Source of the DNA: Balanoglossus misakiensis
Taxonomy: Eukaryota; Animalia; Hemichordata
Assembly: GCA_040954595.2 (NCBI GenBank)
Contig: CM082578.2
Coordinates: 1,036,831-1,100,830 of the forward strand
Reading direction: 5' to 3'
DNA: 64,000 nt
In this document: piece by piece, positions 1-12,130 of the stretch
Layout: each line of letters opens with the position of its first letter
Numbering within the stretch: the first letter of the stretch is position 1
The notes under the pieces: generated by a model
What the model saw: the letters and a program-made list of their open reading frames with translations, nothing else
Database searches by the model: none
Told to the model about the DNA's origin: nothing
Translations under genes and position numbers: made by a program

Positions 1-409
1 TCTGTCATGTGTCAACACAAGTGTTCTGTTAAATAACTAGTGCAAATGTGTTTAAATTTTATATGCATGTTTGGCCTTAGTATAGTTTTTGGAAATTGTG
101 AAATTTGGGTATATAATTAAACCCTCTTAGTATCCAAGTGTCCAATTGCCTTGAAATGTACAGTCACTATGTGTAAATACAACAAATGCCATAATTTGAG
201 TGGGAAATTTTTGCTGAGCTAAATTTCTTTAATCACGTCCTGTGTGAAAAAAATGTCTATAGTTTTGTTTGAGAATGGCACATGCTGTCTTACTACTTTG
301 ACTTTATTCTATGTGCATGAAGTCAACATATGTTGGAATAGTTTCTACAGAAATGTCTACTTGTCTTACCCAGATTGCAAACAAATATTTCAAAAAGGTA
401 AATGAGAAG

Positions 410-660
410 AAAGTGTGATCGGCTGAATCTATGAATCTCAAACTTGGCACAATTATGTGGGCCTATGTAATTTCATGCATAACACTCTTGAATTTTTAAT
501 TACTCACTGTAATTGTCAGCTTTGATTGGAATTTTCATATGGACCTTATTTATATTAAAATGTGGAATAAAAAATCTGTTGACAGTCCTTGTACACTACA
601 TGTACCGGTATATGGTCAGGATCCCACATGCCAAATTTCAAGGTTGTGGACCATGTCAAC
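410..660 (+). repeat. Degenerate Helentron 5'-subterminal sequence, homologous to the 5' body of the HINE at 16400-16680 (-)
   Basis: By-eye alignment: aaacttggca..ggcctatg..tgaatttttaatta..ttttca.atgg.cct.attt..aaaa.tctgtt..tggtcag..acat.ccaaat.tcaagg occur in the same order in the reverse complement of 16400-16650. Confidence 0.6.
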
Positions 661-799
661 AGGTTTATCCGTGACCTTGACCTACCCATAGGCCTATACC
701 TCTACAGTGAAGCTATCACCACATTTTATTCTGGCATTCTGGTCTGTACAATAGTCCCGGACATTAAAATGTTAACAGTTATGTATTTATTGATTTCAG

Positions 800-3700
800 A
801 TGCCACGCTCTAGGAACTGGAGGAAGAAGAGGAGTCAGATGAAAGAGGATGCTGCCCTCTCAAAAAACAGCTTCGATATGACAGAGGATGCTGCCCTCTC
901 AAAAAACAGCTTCGATATGACAGAGGATGCTGCCCTCTCAAAAAACAGCTTCGATATGACAGAGGATGCTGCCCTCTCAAAAAACAGCGACGTAATCAAA
1001 GAGGATGCTGCCCTCTATAATCTCAGCGACAATACCCTTCGGGGTGCCAGCCTTCGGTGTTCGAAGGATCAAAACTGTGAAACTTCCCTTCGGGGTTCAA
1101 ACCTTCGGTGTTCGAAGGGTGAAAACTTTGAAACTTCCCTTCGGGGAACCAATGATTCTAGGGTACCTGCAAATGGTGACATTGTCACTTGTGTTAATGG
1201 AAATTTACAGATTGAGAAAGCAGTTGATATTGCACACAAGAGAAATGACAATGAATGTATTATTCAGAATGTTACCCCGAATGAATTTGTTTTCTCTCCT
1301 GTAACCACCACCATATGCCAAGAGTTATGCTGTAAGCTTCACATAAAATATGGAAATAAAGTTGAAATGCTCGATGAAATTCGTAGTGTTGAAATTGGTG
1401 AACCATGCAATATGAAGTCTATTATCGGTGATGGTAATTGTTTGTTTAGAGCTTTGTCGTATGCCATTAGTGGCAGTGAACGTAACCATGCTGTAATGCG
1501 ACAGGCCATTGTAAACCACATGATTGCAAATGACAGTGCATATTTTGGTTGGCTGGACCAAGACCAAGGATATACATCAGTTGCTGATTATATTGCAAAG
1601 TCTAGAATGAATTGCCTAACAATCTGGGGTTCCGAAAATGAGATCTTGGCCGCTGCCGATCTCTTACAAACTGACATCTATGTGTATAGTTCTGGAATAT
1701 GGCTAAGACATTATTGTAATGCAATTAATAAAAGTAATGTTGATAAAGGTGTAGGTATATACCTGAACCATCGCAACAGAGATCATTTTGAAATTGTCAA
1801 GAGTGTAAAGACACGTGAGATGGTAACATCTGACTATACACACATTGAATGTGATGAACTTGTCTCAAGTGAAGGTATGACTAATGAATTCCACAATGAG
1901 GCAGATAGTGGCAGTTGTGTTCCACTAAAGAGTCCATTGGACAAGAAAGGAAATTTCCACTTAAGTGATGAAACTGAAAGTGTTACAAAAGGAAGAGGTA
2001 AGAGACCAGCAATGAGTGAACGATTACGAAAGAAAATCAGAAAACAAAAATATGAATGTAATGAGACCACTGCAAAGAGCTGCAGGGCAATATCTGAATC
2101 AGAATTGTACCACAGTAATTCTCAATATAGAGAGACAAAGAAGTTAAAAAGTAGACAGCATTATCATCAGATCCGAGAAAGTAAGAAACAAAAAATGAAA
2201 GATTTATATGAACAAAATGCCGACTATCGGGACGCCAAAAAGACACAGTCCAGGGTTAAATATGAACAAAATCCTGATTTTCGGGAAGCACAGAAGGCAC
2301 GCATAAGAGTAAATTACGAACAAAATCCTGATTTTCGGGAAGCACAGAAGGCACGCGTAAGAGTAAAATATGAACAAAATGCTGACTTTCGGGAAGCACA
2401 TAAAGCACAAATGTCCCAACAAGTATCCCAAAAATATCACCAAGACGTAAACTTTCGTGAATCAAAGAAGACACAGAGTATTCAACGATATGAGAATGAC
2501 CCTCATTACAAAGATAATGCATTGAAGAGAAGCAGGTGTCAGATGATACAGAATGACATTGATAAGCAAAATGTTCAACATGTTATTGCTAATTTTAGAA
2601 ATACTGCCTCAGAAGGTCCAAATTGTGTATGTTCAGTTTGTCATCGTCGACTTTTCAGGAAACAAGTAATTGTTTGCAACAAGGATAAATATTACAGTAA
2701 CAGAATTACATCTGATATTGCTGTGAAATGTATATCAGAAGAATATGTTCACAAATGTGCCTCGACATGTATGGCTGACTGCCCTCTCAAGAATAATGCA
2801 GCCAGTAAATTGTGGATTTGTTTCACATGCCATAGAAAACTTTTACGTGGAGAGATGCCAGTTCAAGCTGTTGCAAACAACCTTCATGTCACATCAGTCC
2901 CTCCTGAATTGAAATGCCTCAACTCACTTGAGCAACATTTAATTGCATTAAATATTCCATTCATGAAAATGTTGGCATTACCTAAGGGTGGTCAGAATGG
3001 AGTTCATGGACCTGTAGTGTGTGTCCCTTCTGATATAAAGAAGGCTACAAATATTTTGCCACGGAATGAGTTTGATGATCAGATGATAAGGGTGAAATTG
3101 AAGCGAAAACTGAGTTATAAAGGTTACTATGAATATCAGTTTGTAAACAAACGACACATTCAGAATGCTTTGGAATACCTACAGACAAATAATCAGTATT
3201 ACAGTGATATAACATTCAATATGAATTGGAAAAATACTCTTGAAAAGACTGAAGAAGTTATTTCAGATGCTGAAAGCAAATCAGAAAAGTCTAACACCAA
3301 AAGCAATGATGAAAACAATGAAAAGACCAAAGGAAATGTTTCAGATACTGAAAGTAATGATGTGTCATCAGACACAGAAGATAACAATGTGTCCAACAAA
3401 GATACTAATGGAATATTGATGGACACATGCCTCCAACCAATTGACATAGGTCAGGATATTCTTGATTATCACTTTGAGGATATATCTTGTGTTGCTCCAG
3501 CAGAGGGTAATAAACCTGTTTGTCTGTTGATGGAAAAGTTGAATGAAGCTAAGTGCTTTCCTGTGCTATTCCCAACTGGGTCACCCACATTTCACGATGA
3601 CCGAGAGGTTAGGATAACAATAGGACGATACCTGCAAGGTCGTGTAATGAATGCAAGTAACAGATTTTCAAAAAGCACAGACTATATCTTTTATGCGCAA

Positions 3701-6700
3701 TATCTGTCTGAAATTAACCAGGTTGTATCCAATGTGTCAATTGCTTTGAGGAAAGGAACTGCTAATGCTTGTGGCAAAAAAGTGACATCGGATGTTTTAA
3801 GTGACAGTGAATCTTTGAAACAGATTTTGAAGTCTGATGAAGGCTATAAGTTTTTAAAACCTATAAGAGGAACTCCTCCTTATTGGCAAGCAACACAAAA
3901 AGACCTGTTTGCAATGATCAGACAGTTGGGTATACCAACATGGTTTTGCTCATTTTCTGCTGCCGATTTACGGTGGAAAGAAGTTATTGAGACTATACTT
4001 CGTGGAGAAGGAGATGTACGTAATGCTGAGGATCTTGAATGGTCTGAGAAATGTGCTATCTTGAGACGAAATCCTGTAACAGCAGCCAGAATGTTTGATC
4101 ACAGATTTCATTGTTTTCTGAGAGAAGTCATCATGTCACCAGCCAATCCTATTGGAAATATCAAAGATTATTTTTATCGAGTCGAGTTTCAACAACGAGG
4201 CTCACCACATACACACTGCCTATTTTGGGTTGAAAATGCACCAAAGGTTGATAGAGATACTGATGAAGATGTAGTTGATTTTGTTGACAGATATGTAACA
4301 TGTCAAATGCCTTCTGTTGAGGAGGATGAGGAATTGCAAGAGATTGTGAATAAAGTTCAGAAACACAGCTCAAGGCACTCCAAATCTTGCAAGAAAAAGG
4401 GCACTAGATGCAGATTCAACTTTCCACGACCACCATCAAAGAAAACGTTCATATGCCGTCCTGATATAGATATAGAAATGACAGGTGAAGGTGAGAAGTC
4501 AAACCTTGATGACGATAACGCAACACTTGAAGAGAAATGTCAAAGTGACACAACTCAGTTAATTGAGAATGTGATGAGCCAGATGGCTGCTAGGAATATT
4601 TTGGAAAAAGTGTGGACATGCCTGCATGACAAAGAGAAACAGATTGATTCGGTTGATGCACTGTTTAATGAAGTCAGCATTTCTCAGGAGATGTTTGAGA
4701 AAGCACATGCAATTTTAGCAAGAAAGACAAGTGTAGTATTAAAGCGTGAACCAAATGATGTTTGGGTAAACCAATACAATTCTAACCTTCTTCGTTGCTG
4801 GGATGCAAACATGGACATTCAGTTTGTTGTGGATGCTTATGCCTGTGTTGTGTACATTGTGTCATATATCTCTAAGGCAGAGAGAGAAATGGGTTTACTG
4901 CTGGAAAATGCACAGAGAGAAGCAAACAAAGAGGGAAATGTGGATGCTAAATCTGCACTGAAACAATTAGGCAGTGTTTATCTGCACAACAGAGAAGTAA
5001 GTGCTCAAGAGGCTGTATATAGACTGTGTGGATTGAAACTGAAGCAATCATCTCGAAAAGTCCAGTTCATTCCAACTGGAGAAACCCCTATCAAAATGAG
5101 TTTGCCATTGAGTGTAATACGTAGCAAAATGACAGGAGATGATTTGAATGAGGATGATATCTGGTACAATAGCATTGTAGACAGATACAAGAACAGACCA
5201 AATGATGACGAGTTTGACGACATGTGTCTTGCGACATTTTGTTCAGAATATCGAATAGTGTCAAAATCAGAAGTGACAAATACCACCACTGAGAAACGTG
5301 CAAATCCAATAGTGAAGTTGGAAAATGGTGCAGGTTACATGCAAAAAAGATCTCGAACTGATCCAGCTGTCATTAGATATGCAAGATTTTCTGTGACCAA
5401 ATTTCCAGAAAAGTATTACCGCACTATGTTAGAACTCTTCTTGCCACACTGGGTTGATTCCCAATTGAAACCAAATGGGTTTGAAACATATGAAAATTTC
5501 TATTCTGCGGGTGCAGTGAAGTGTGGATCTGCTTCTATACAAACAGTGAAAGTCATAGTAGATGCAAATAAAGCAATGTTTGAGAAAGAGGCTGATGCCG
5601 TTGATTTAGCTGAAGAGCTCCTTGAAGGAAGTGGTCCTCTGGAGGACGCATGGGCCCAAATCTGTCCAGAAAGTGAAATAGACAGATTAGAATGCATTGA
5701 TGAACGTCAACAATTGCCTGATGATGATGTAAATGAGGAGGATATTCCAGATTTGGTGCACAAACCAAAAGGTGATTGCCACATAGAAATTTCTACCTCT
5801 GAAGTAAGGAGGGCTGATGTTCAAGCAATGTGTAGGTCACTGAACAGGAAACAGGCAGAAGTCTTTTATAATGTCAGACAGTGGTGTCTGGATAAAAGCA
5901 ATGGCAAGAACCCAGAATCTTTGTATTTGTTTGTCAGTGGTGGTGCTGGCACAGGGAAAAGCCATTTAATCAAAACCATATATCATGAAGCCAAACGAAT
6001 TCTATCTCGTGTAATGGCTAACCCAGATGAAAAATCAATACAGGTAACAGCCTCAACTGGAGTTGCAGCATTTAATGTAGGAGGTGAAACTCTCCATCAT
6101 GCATTTTCAATAGCAGTAGACTCAAAACTACCATATGAGCCACTACGTGAAGAAAAACTCAACACTCTTCGTTCCAAATTGGGAAATCTTCAGATTTTAA
6201 TAATAGATGAGATTTCTATGGTAGACAGAAAATTATTTCACTACGTACATGGACGATTACGTCAAATCAAACAAACACCAAGTGGTTCACCATTTGGAAA
6301 TGTGTGTGTTATTGCTGTGGGCGACTTTTATCAGCTGCCACCTGTGAAAGCAAGTCCACTGTGTGTGGAAAATGATGCCATCAATATGTGGAATAATTTC
6401 AAAATTGTGGAACTCACTGAAATAATGAGACAAAAGGACTGTGCATTTGCAGAAGCACTAAATAGAGTAAGAATTCACAAGAAAGGGCACACACTGAGTG
6501 CAAATGATCTAGAAATGTTCAATAACTGTGTGACTGGTGAAGCATCTGAGGCAATTCACATTTTTGCTACAAATGCAGAAGTTAACAATTGCAATATCAC
6601 AATGCTACATTCCTTGTGCTCTGATCCTGTATGTATTGAAGCACAAGATTTTAGTAAGAATACTAAGACTGGGAAACTCCAAAGAAAGGAAGGCCATCAT

Positions 6701-7921
6701 GCCAAGGTCTATAGGACCACTTTACCAAAGACTCTCACTCTAGCTAAGGGTGCACGAGTGCAACTGACACAAAATATTGATGTCTCTGATGGATTGGTGA
6801 ATGGTGTATTTGGATCAGTATGTCACATTGATGTGAAACCAAATGAAAGCTTTCCAACTGCTGTTTATGTTGTATTTGACAATGTGAAAGTTGGCCAAGG
6901 ATTGCGAAACAAGAACCGTGTAAATATATCTGACCTTCCTGAAAACACCACCCGTATAGAACCTCAGGAAATGTCTGTTGCAAGTAATGGTGGTATTAGG
7001 AGACAATTTCCTCTGAAACTAGCATGGGCATGTACAGTGCATAAGGTACAGGGATTAACAGTTGAAAAAGCTGTTGTCAGTTTAAAGAAGATATTTGCAC
7101 CAGGACAGGCATATGTTGCATTGAGTCGAGTGACATCATTAGATGGGCTAATAATTGATGAATTTAAGACATCTTCTATATATTGCAATGAAAAGGTTCA
7201 AGCAGCCTTGGAAATGATGCCAAAGTTTGTTGATGGGTGCTTTGAGCAATTACAGCCAAACTATAGATGCTCTTTTATACTTCATAATGTTGAAGGTCTT
7301 CTGAACCACATGGAAGATATTCGTAGTGGCAAGGAATACTTGGAGTCAGACTTTATTTGTTTGACGGAAACATGGCTAACTGAGAACCAGACAAAATGTG
7401 ATGTGATAGTGAATGGATTTGAATTCAGTCACAAGCCTCGGTCAAAATCGTATAACAACTTTGATATGAATACTTCACAGTTGCAGTTGCAACATCATGG
7501 TGGTGTTGGCCTCTACGTCAAAGGAAGTCAATCTGTTGAAATTTTGGATTTGCCTGTTAGTAACTTGGAATATCTTACATTTTATGTCAAAGACATCAAT
7601 ACGGTGGTAGCAGTAATTTACAGACCATCATCCTATAAAGCAGTCGCATTCAGGAAAAACCTTCTTCTGTTGGTGAAGGAAATGTCAAAGTATTCAGGTG
7701 CTACAGTGATCATGGGTGATTTCAATGAAAATATTTTAACCTCATCATCTCTTGTGAAACTCATGCAAGACCATGGTTTCAAACAACACGTGAGCAAACC
7801 AACCACAGAAGCTGGTACATTGATTGACCATGTGTATGTGAAAGGAGCAGGAAAGGTGGAAGTTGGCATTGTGCCAAAGTACTTCAGTTTTCATGAAGCC
7901 ATCAGCATTAAGATCTATTGA
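800..7921 (+). CDS. Helentron (HLE2) RepHel transposase, 2373 aa: OTU cysteine protease, Zn finger, HUH Rep, Pif1 helicase, APE endonuclease
   Basis: OTU GDGNCLFRALS..NRDHF; CSVCH/CFTCH; Rep YRVEFQQRGSPHTHCLFW and YIVSYISKAE; helicase GGAGTGKS, DEISM, GDFYQLPPV, TVHKVQGLTV, GQAYVALSR; APE HNVEG, ETW, IYRP, GDFN, IDH, SFH. Uninterrupted ORF; splice acceptor tttcAG directly before the ATG. Confidence 0.96.
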   Translation: MPRSRNWRKKRSQMKEDAALSKNSFDMTEDAALSKNSFDMTEDAALSKNSFDMTEDAALSKNSDVIKEDAALYNLSDNTLRGASLRCSKDQNCETSLRGSNLRCSKGENFETSLRGTNDSRVPANGDIVTCVNGNLQIEKAVDIAHKRNDNECIIQNVTPNEFVFSPVTTTICQELCCKLHIKYGNKVEMLDEIRSVEIGEPCNMKSIIGDGNCLFRALSYAISGSERNHAVMRQAIVNHMIANDSAYFGWLDQDQGYTSVADYIAKSRMNCLTIWGSENEILAAADLLQTDIYVYSSGIWLRHYCNAINKSNVDKGVGIYLNHRNRDHFEIVKSVKTREMVTSDYTHIECDELVSSEGMTNEFHNEADSGSCVPLKSPLDKKGNFHLSDETESVTKGRGKRPAMSERLRKKIRKQKYECNETTAKSCRAISESELYHSNSQYRETKKLKSRQHYHQIRESKKQKMKDLYEQNADYRDAKKTQSRVKYEQNPDFREAQKARIRVNYEQNPDFREAQKARVRVKYEQNADFREAHKAQMSQQVSQKYHQDVNFRESKKTQSIQRYENDPHYKDNALKRSRCQMIQNDIDKQNVQHVIANFRNTASEGPNCVCSVCHRRLFRKQVIVCNKDKYYSNRITSDIAVKCISEEYVHKCASTCMADCPLKNNAASKLWICFTCHRKLLRGEMPVQAVANNLHVTSVPPELKCLNSLEQHLIALNIPFMKMLALPKGGQNGVHGPVVCVPSDIKKATNILPRNEFDDQMIRVKLKRKLSYKGYYEYQFVNKRHIQNALEYLQTNNQYYSDITFNMNWKNTLEKTEEVISDAESKSEKSNTKSNDENNEKTKGNVSDTESNDVSSDTEDNNVSNKDTNGILMDTCLQPIDIGQDILDYHFEDISCVAPAEGNKPVCLLMEKLNEAKCFPVLFPTGSPTFHDDREVRITIGRYLQGRVMNASNRFSKSTDYIFYAQYLSEINQVVSNVSIALRKGTANACGKKVTSDVLSDSESLKQILKSDEGYKFLKPIRGTPPYWQATQKDLFAMIRQLGIPTWFCSFSAADLRWKEVIETILRGEGDVRNAEDLEWSEKCAILRRNPVTAARMFDHRFHCFLREVIMSPANPIGNIKDYFYRVEFQQRGSPHTHCLFWVENAPKVDRDTDEDVVDFVDRYVTCQMPSVEEDEELQEIVNKVQKHSSRHSKSCKKKGTRCRFNFPRPPSKKTFICRPDIDIEMTGEGEKSNLDDDNATLEEKCQSDTTQLIENVMSQMAARNILEKVWTCLHDKEKQIDSVDALFNEVSISQEMFEKAHAILARKTSVVLKREPNDVWVNQYNSNLLRCWDANMDIQFVVDAYACVVYIVSYISKAEREMGLLLENAQREANKEGNVDAKSALKQLGSVYLHNREVSAQEAVYRLCGLKLKQSSRKVQFIPTGETPIKMSLPLSVIRSKMTGDDLNEDDIWYNSIVDRYKNRPNDDEFDDMCLATFCSEYRIVSKSEVTNTTTEKRANPIVKLENGAGYMQKRSRTDPAVIRYARFSVTKFPEKYYRTMLELFLPHWVDSQLKPNGFETYENFYSAGAVKCGSASIQTVKVIVDANKAMFEKEADAVDLAEELLEGSGPLEDAWAQICPESEIDRLECIDERQQLPDDDVNEEDIPDLVHKPKGDCHIEISTSEVRRADVQAMCRSLNRKQAEVFYNVRQWCLDKSNGKNPESLYLFVSGGAGTGKSHLIKTIYHEAKRILSRVMANPDEKSIQVTASTGVAAFNVGGETLHHAFSIAVDSKLPYEPLREEKLNTLRSKLGNLQILIIDEISMVDRKLFHYVHGRLRQIKQTPSGSPFGNVCVIAVGDFYQLPPVKASPLCVENDAINMWNNFKIVELTEIMRQKDCAFAEALNRVRIHKKGHTLSANDLEMFNNCVTGEASEAIHIFATNAEVNNCNITMLHSLCSDPVCIEAQDFSKNTKTGKLQRKEGHHAKVYRTTLPKTLTLAKGARVQLTQNIDVSDGLVNGVFGSVCHIDVKPNESFPTAVYVVFDNVKVGQGLRNKNRVNISDLPENTTRIEPQEMSVASNGGIRRQFPLKLAWACTVHKVQGLTVEKAVVSLKKIFAPGQAYVALSRVTSLDGLIIDEFKTSSIYCNEKVQAALEMMPKFVDGCFEQLQPNYRCSFILHNVEGLLNHMEDIRSGKEYLESDFICLTETWLTENQTKCDVIVNGFEFSHKPRSKSYNNFDMNTSQLQLQHHGGVGLYVKGSQSVEILDLPVSNLEYLTFYVKDINTVVAVIYRPSSYKAVAFRKNLLLLVKEMSKYSGATVIMGDFNENILTSSSLVKLMQDHGFKQHVSKPTTEAGTLIDHVYVKGAGKVEVGIVPKYFSFHEAISIKIY
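838..1150 (+). repeat. Coding minisatellites in the RepHel-1 N-terminus (39-bp unit x ~4.5, then 51-bp unit x ~2.3)
   Basis: MTEDAALSKNSFD repeats; ETSLRGSNLRCSK repeats. Confidence 0.9.
2200..2410 (+). repeat. 54-bp coding repeat (YEQNPDFREAQKARxRVx) x ~4
   Basis: Direct repeats visible in DNA and protein. Confidence 0.85.
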
Positions 7922-7998
7922 AAGACTCATTGTAATATCTACAATGTTCAACCAAACATGGTGATCTGAGAAGCAAATTTAATACAAGTGAGGTACCA

Positions 7999-8358
7999 GT
8001 GAATGGATTGAAATTCAATCACCAGCCTCTGTGCAAATCATTAATACGGTGGTAGCAGTAATTTAAGACCACCATCATATAAAGCAGAGGTGTTCAGGAA
8101 AAACTTACTTCTGTTGATGAAAGGAAATGTAAATGTATCCAGGTGCTTCAGTGATCATGGGTGACATCAATGAAAATATTTAAATCATCTCTTGTCAATG
8201 TAATGCAAGACCTTGGTTTCAAGCAACATTTGAGCAATCTAACTACAGAAGCTTGTACATTGATTGACCATGTGTATGTGAAAGGAACAGAAAATATTGG
8301 AGTTGAAATACTGCCAAAGTACTTCAGTTTTCATTAAGCCATCAGCATTAACATCATT
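7999..8358 (+). pseudogene. Decayed tandem duplicate of the 3' end of the APE endonuclease coding region
   Basis: Matches ~7409-7445 joined to ~7598-7917 (aatacggtggtagcagtaattta..., attgattgaccatgtgtatgtgaaagga, ccaaagtacttcagttttcat) with indels and stops. Confidence 0.9.
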
Positions 8359-11300
8359 AAGGCATTATGCATATAGTAATTAAAACCCGTGTTACATACA
8401 ACTGGTATTGGGGAGGGATAATGGGGTTTGAGACTTACGGGTCCCCATTTGGGAATTGTTGGGGTGGGGGTGGGGGGTTGTAAACAAATTAATATGTTAC
8501 TCTTAGGTTACCCTGGTGCTAATTATCACATTTGATATCAAGCTGTTACTGTTTTTGTGTGATGGGAGACTAGTATTTGATTGTCTATCATTTCAGAGCC
8601 AGTTGTTTGACATGGCTGCAGTGATTTCATTGAAATGACATGTTCACATGCAATCATTTACATGGATCATAATTATAGTGACATGATATTATCATGTTGC
8701 AGGTCATTGTGCACACATACCTGCTTATTGATGTATATTAAAGCACACCAATTTATAACGTGCTACAAAAAAGAAGTCAGTGGTGGCCGTTTATGATTTC
8801 TGATGCATGACATGACTTTTATGTGACTATACCCAAAATATTATGGGTGTGACCATGTTGTTGTGATGTTATCCATTAAATGCACCTGACTGTCAGTTCT
8901 TGATGATTTTATTTATTTCAGTACTGTCAATTGAGATATGTATTTCATCTGATTTCATCAAAACTCACAGTTTTAGTCCTACATGAATGTATGTCATAAT
9001 TCCAACCTGACACTTTGTCACTGTAATTAACAGACAATATATGATATCAAAAGTGTGAGTAATAACAGTCCCAATAGCCTTGTTTGCATTACTGCTTACA
9101 CAGTGTTCTCCACAGGATTTTGGGAAAGTTAGTTGGATATAATGGTCCATAACAATTTAATCATTATGTTAGTGATATTGCTTTCTCAAAATTTAAGAAT
9201 AAGAGTGGTAGCCACCATGCTTTAATTGTTCTTTGGAGAACACTGTGCTGGTATATTTCACCCATCATCTGATCCTATATGTATACAGACAACAACATTT
9301 GGAATATGTGCAGATTCCAATATCCATGTGCATTCTAGAATGAATGTGTACTCGTACAATGCGGGACTGCAGAATAGATGGATGTAGCATCAGTCTGTTA
9401 ATGATTCAAGTTAGTCATATTTATTATGCAGCCTTAATCAGAGGTTCACACTATATTTTATGTAAATACCCATCAGTAAGGTTTATTTAAAGAAACCATT
9501 GTACGTGTCAAGTTAATAATGAGAAATTTGCCAAAATTGCCAAAAATATAGTAAGGCTTGAATGAAAGATTTCAATCATGTACCAAAGCATTTTCATTCT
9601 GTTGACAATGAAATGGAAGTTGGTAAATGATGCATTGGAAATTCAGTAGGAAGAAGGTTAATTTAAGTATGATTACACAACTGAATATTTCTAATTGATG
9701 TTTTATTACACTGTATGTAAAGTACCATTGGGGTAAATGTGTAAAACATTGATTTATAATTGGGAAAACATTAGCACCAGGGTAGCCTAGGTTTATCAAT
9801 GTTCAATTCCATTTTGTAAATGTTTAAAATATATTTTTGTCTATTTTCACTATGTTATGTACAGAATGACTACATATTACCACTGTCTACTTTTGTGTCT
9901 CTAAGGCTGTCATGAATGGCTTAATACACTGAAGTTAAAATCATTATTTAGACATTTGTGAAGCGATTTTAATAACCTGTCTGAAGTATAGTACCGTATG
10001 GTGTTTTATAGAATAAAACAAAAACCAATGTCCCCATATGACGTTTGCTTTCAGAAAACAATACAAATTGCCCATCCGAGACTTAATTTTTAGGGGTACA
10101 CGCACCAAGAAAACATCCTATGAATGGCAATCCCAAAATTATCCTTGATATCTGGTATTCAGACTTGTATTCTGTGAATCATCATTGCTATATATGTACT
10201 AACAACATGCTATACAGTCTGCACGATAGCCCCAACTTCCGGTACCTATGAATGCCGGGTAATATCCGCAACAGAGGCGTTATCCATGCGCGTAATTGAA
10301 AGTAAACAAAAGCCAGCGATATTGGCGAATTTAAGTTGCGGTTTTCTCGTAAACTAGAGAATGACTTTACTATTATGAGGATGGGAGGTGTCGACTGCAT
10401 GTCTGACGAACGTTGTACAGTAATTTGTTGTTAAATATACATTTTTCAAAACATATTTTTTTACTCTGAATTAAGGTTGCTAAAATTCCTTAATTTGAAG
10501 CATTCTCGACTTTCAACATTTGTACTTTTTGGTCTAAAGACGGGATTGCCGATTTATGTGGATTAAACGTACCTCAGTATGTAAATAAACGAAAATCAGG
10601 TCAACTGGGTTCACTGAGCGCGCTTGCTGTCGGCAGAAATGTAGCCAATTTACGTTAGTCGATATTGGGCAAAATCCGAATATTTTGTCAATTTTAGGGC
10701 AAAATCTTGGTCTTGGCGTCACCTCTGTGCAAAAACGGCTGCTACTATCGTGTTCGGGAAGTCATGGACTGTCCCGGTAAGCGGGTCCTATGATGCTGCC
10801 GGTTCCGTAGGATTCCTCAGCGCGTGACCAAATAGAGAGTGCATTTTCCGGGGGATTTACAGGCCTCTCTTTGATATGTTGTACTTTTTGGTCTAAAAAT
10901 CATATCGGCAATCTTGTATGAATAATACGCCCTTCTGATATTACCTTTCATTCCAAAATAGTCAAATGTGCTGTCAAATGCTAAGATGTGCCCGTAGGAT
11001 AATATAAATATGAGGAAAAATATAGAAAATGCTATTATTTTCGAGTACATTTTGTTCGAACGTTTGAGCCATTAGGAGAGTGCAAACCCCTACATCGACA
11101 CATGGTTTACTCCAGGGATCTTTCAGCTTCAAAATGCAACACTCTCGGTTTACCGCCTACCCAGATTTTGTTTTGGAACGCGTGAGTTTGAAGACATCCA
11201 TAAAAAACCATTGATTGACACACGCCGGATTTCAGTCATGTGAGCATTTAGCGCCGCATTGTCCAATCCAGTTTTATTTTCTTGAATGCAGCATGTCATT

Positions 11301-12130
11301 TGTCACTCCCCATAAAGTTTTGCGTTGGCAGATATGCCCCAATATGGTAAAAATGGGCGTAAAAGTCAAGTCTGGTGACATGGCGGGAAATTTTCACGTG
11401 TGCAGATCAACTCAATAATAATGTCATGTGATACCATAGAGCTGCGTCTATTGGTGGAAAGTGGCAGGTCATGCATAATGAGCGTCTGTCTACGGTAGAT
11501 CATTTGCTCATTCATGTGAGGCAGACTAATACGGAAGTATCTCCTCCGTGTTCTTAGCTAATTACACTTTAGTTCGGGTGGAATTTAGAGGATAACGTAT
11601 GGCAATGCATGTTTTTAATCACAGATCAGTCATAACTCTGCTTGTTTGGGCCATGTTTTTCACCTGAGCCTCCAGAACCGGGTCCACAGCCGCTGTTGTA
11701 TACGATCGATCGACAAGTGCGCGCGGTTACAAAGTAGGCGTTTTTGTCTAGGCTAGCGTTTTTTTTCTCTCCATTCGTTTTTCTTCATTGGAGAGTTAAT
11801 TAGTTTCGATAGATGATTCGCTTGGTGTCATATCTATGGTGTTCCATGTAAACCATTTAGGATAAAAATTACATGTTTTAAAAAGTCAGTATGTATGCAT
11901 GCATTGAGTGGTTATTTGAGGAACCTATTCAAATCTGGTTCACAGTCATTTCTTTCATTTCATGGCAAGAACACGCCAAATAGAAGAAAAAAATCAGAAA
12001 AAGTTTCAGATGTTCCAAGTATAACAGAAAGTGGGTCAGTGCGAGGACAAGAGTCCTTGAAATTGTCACACTTCGTGCCGCGTACTTGTGTTGACATGAA
12101 AATGGCGGAAGTGTAAACCATTTGTGTGTA

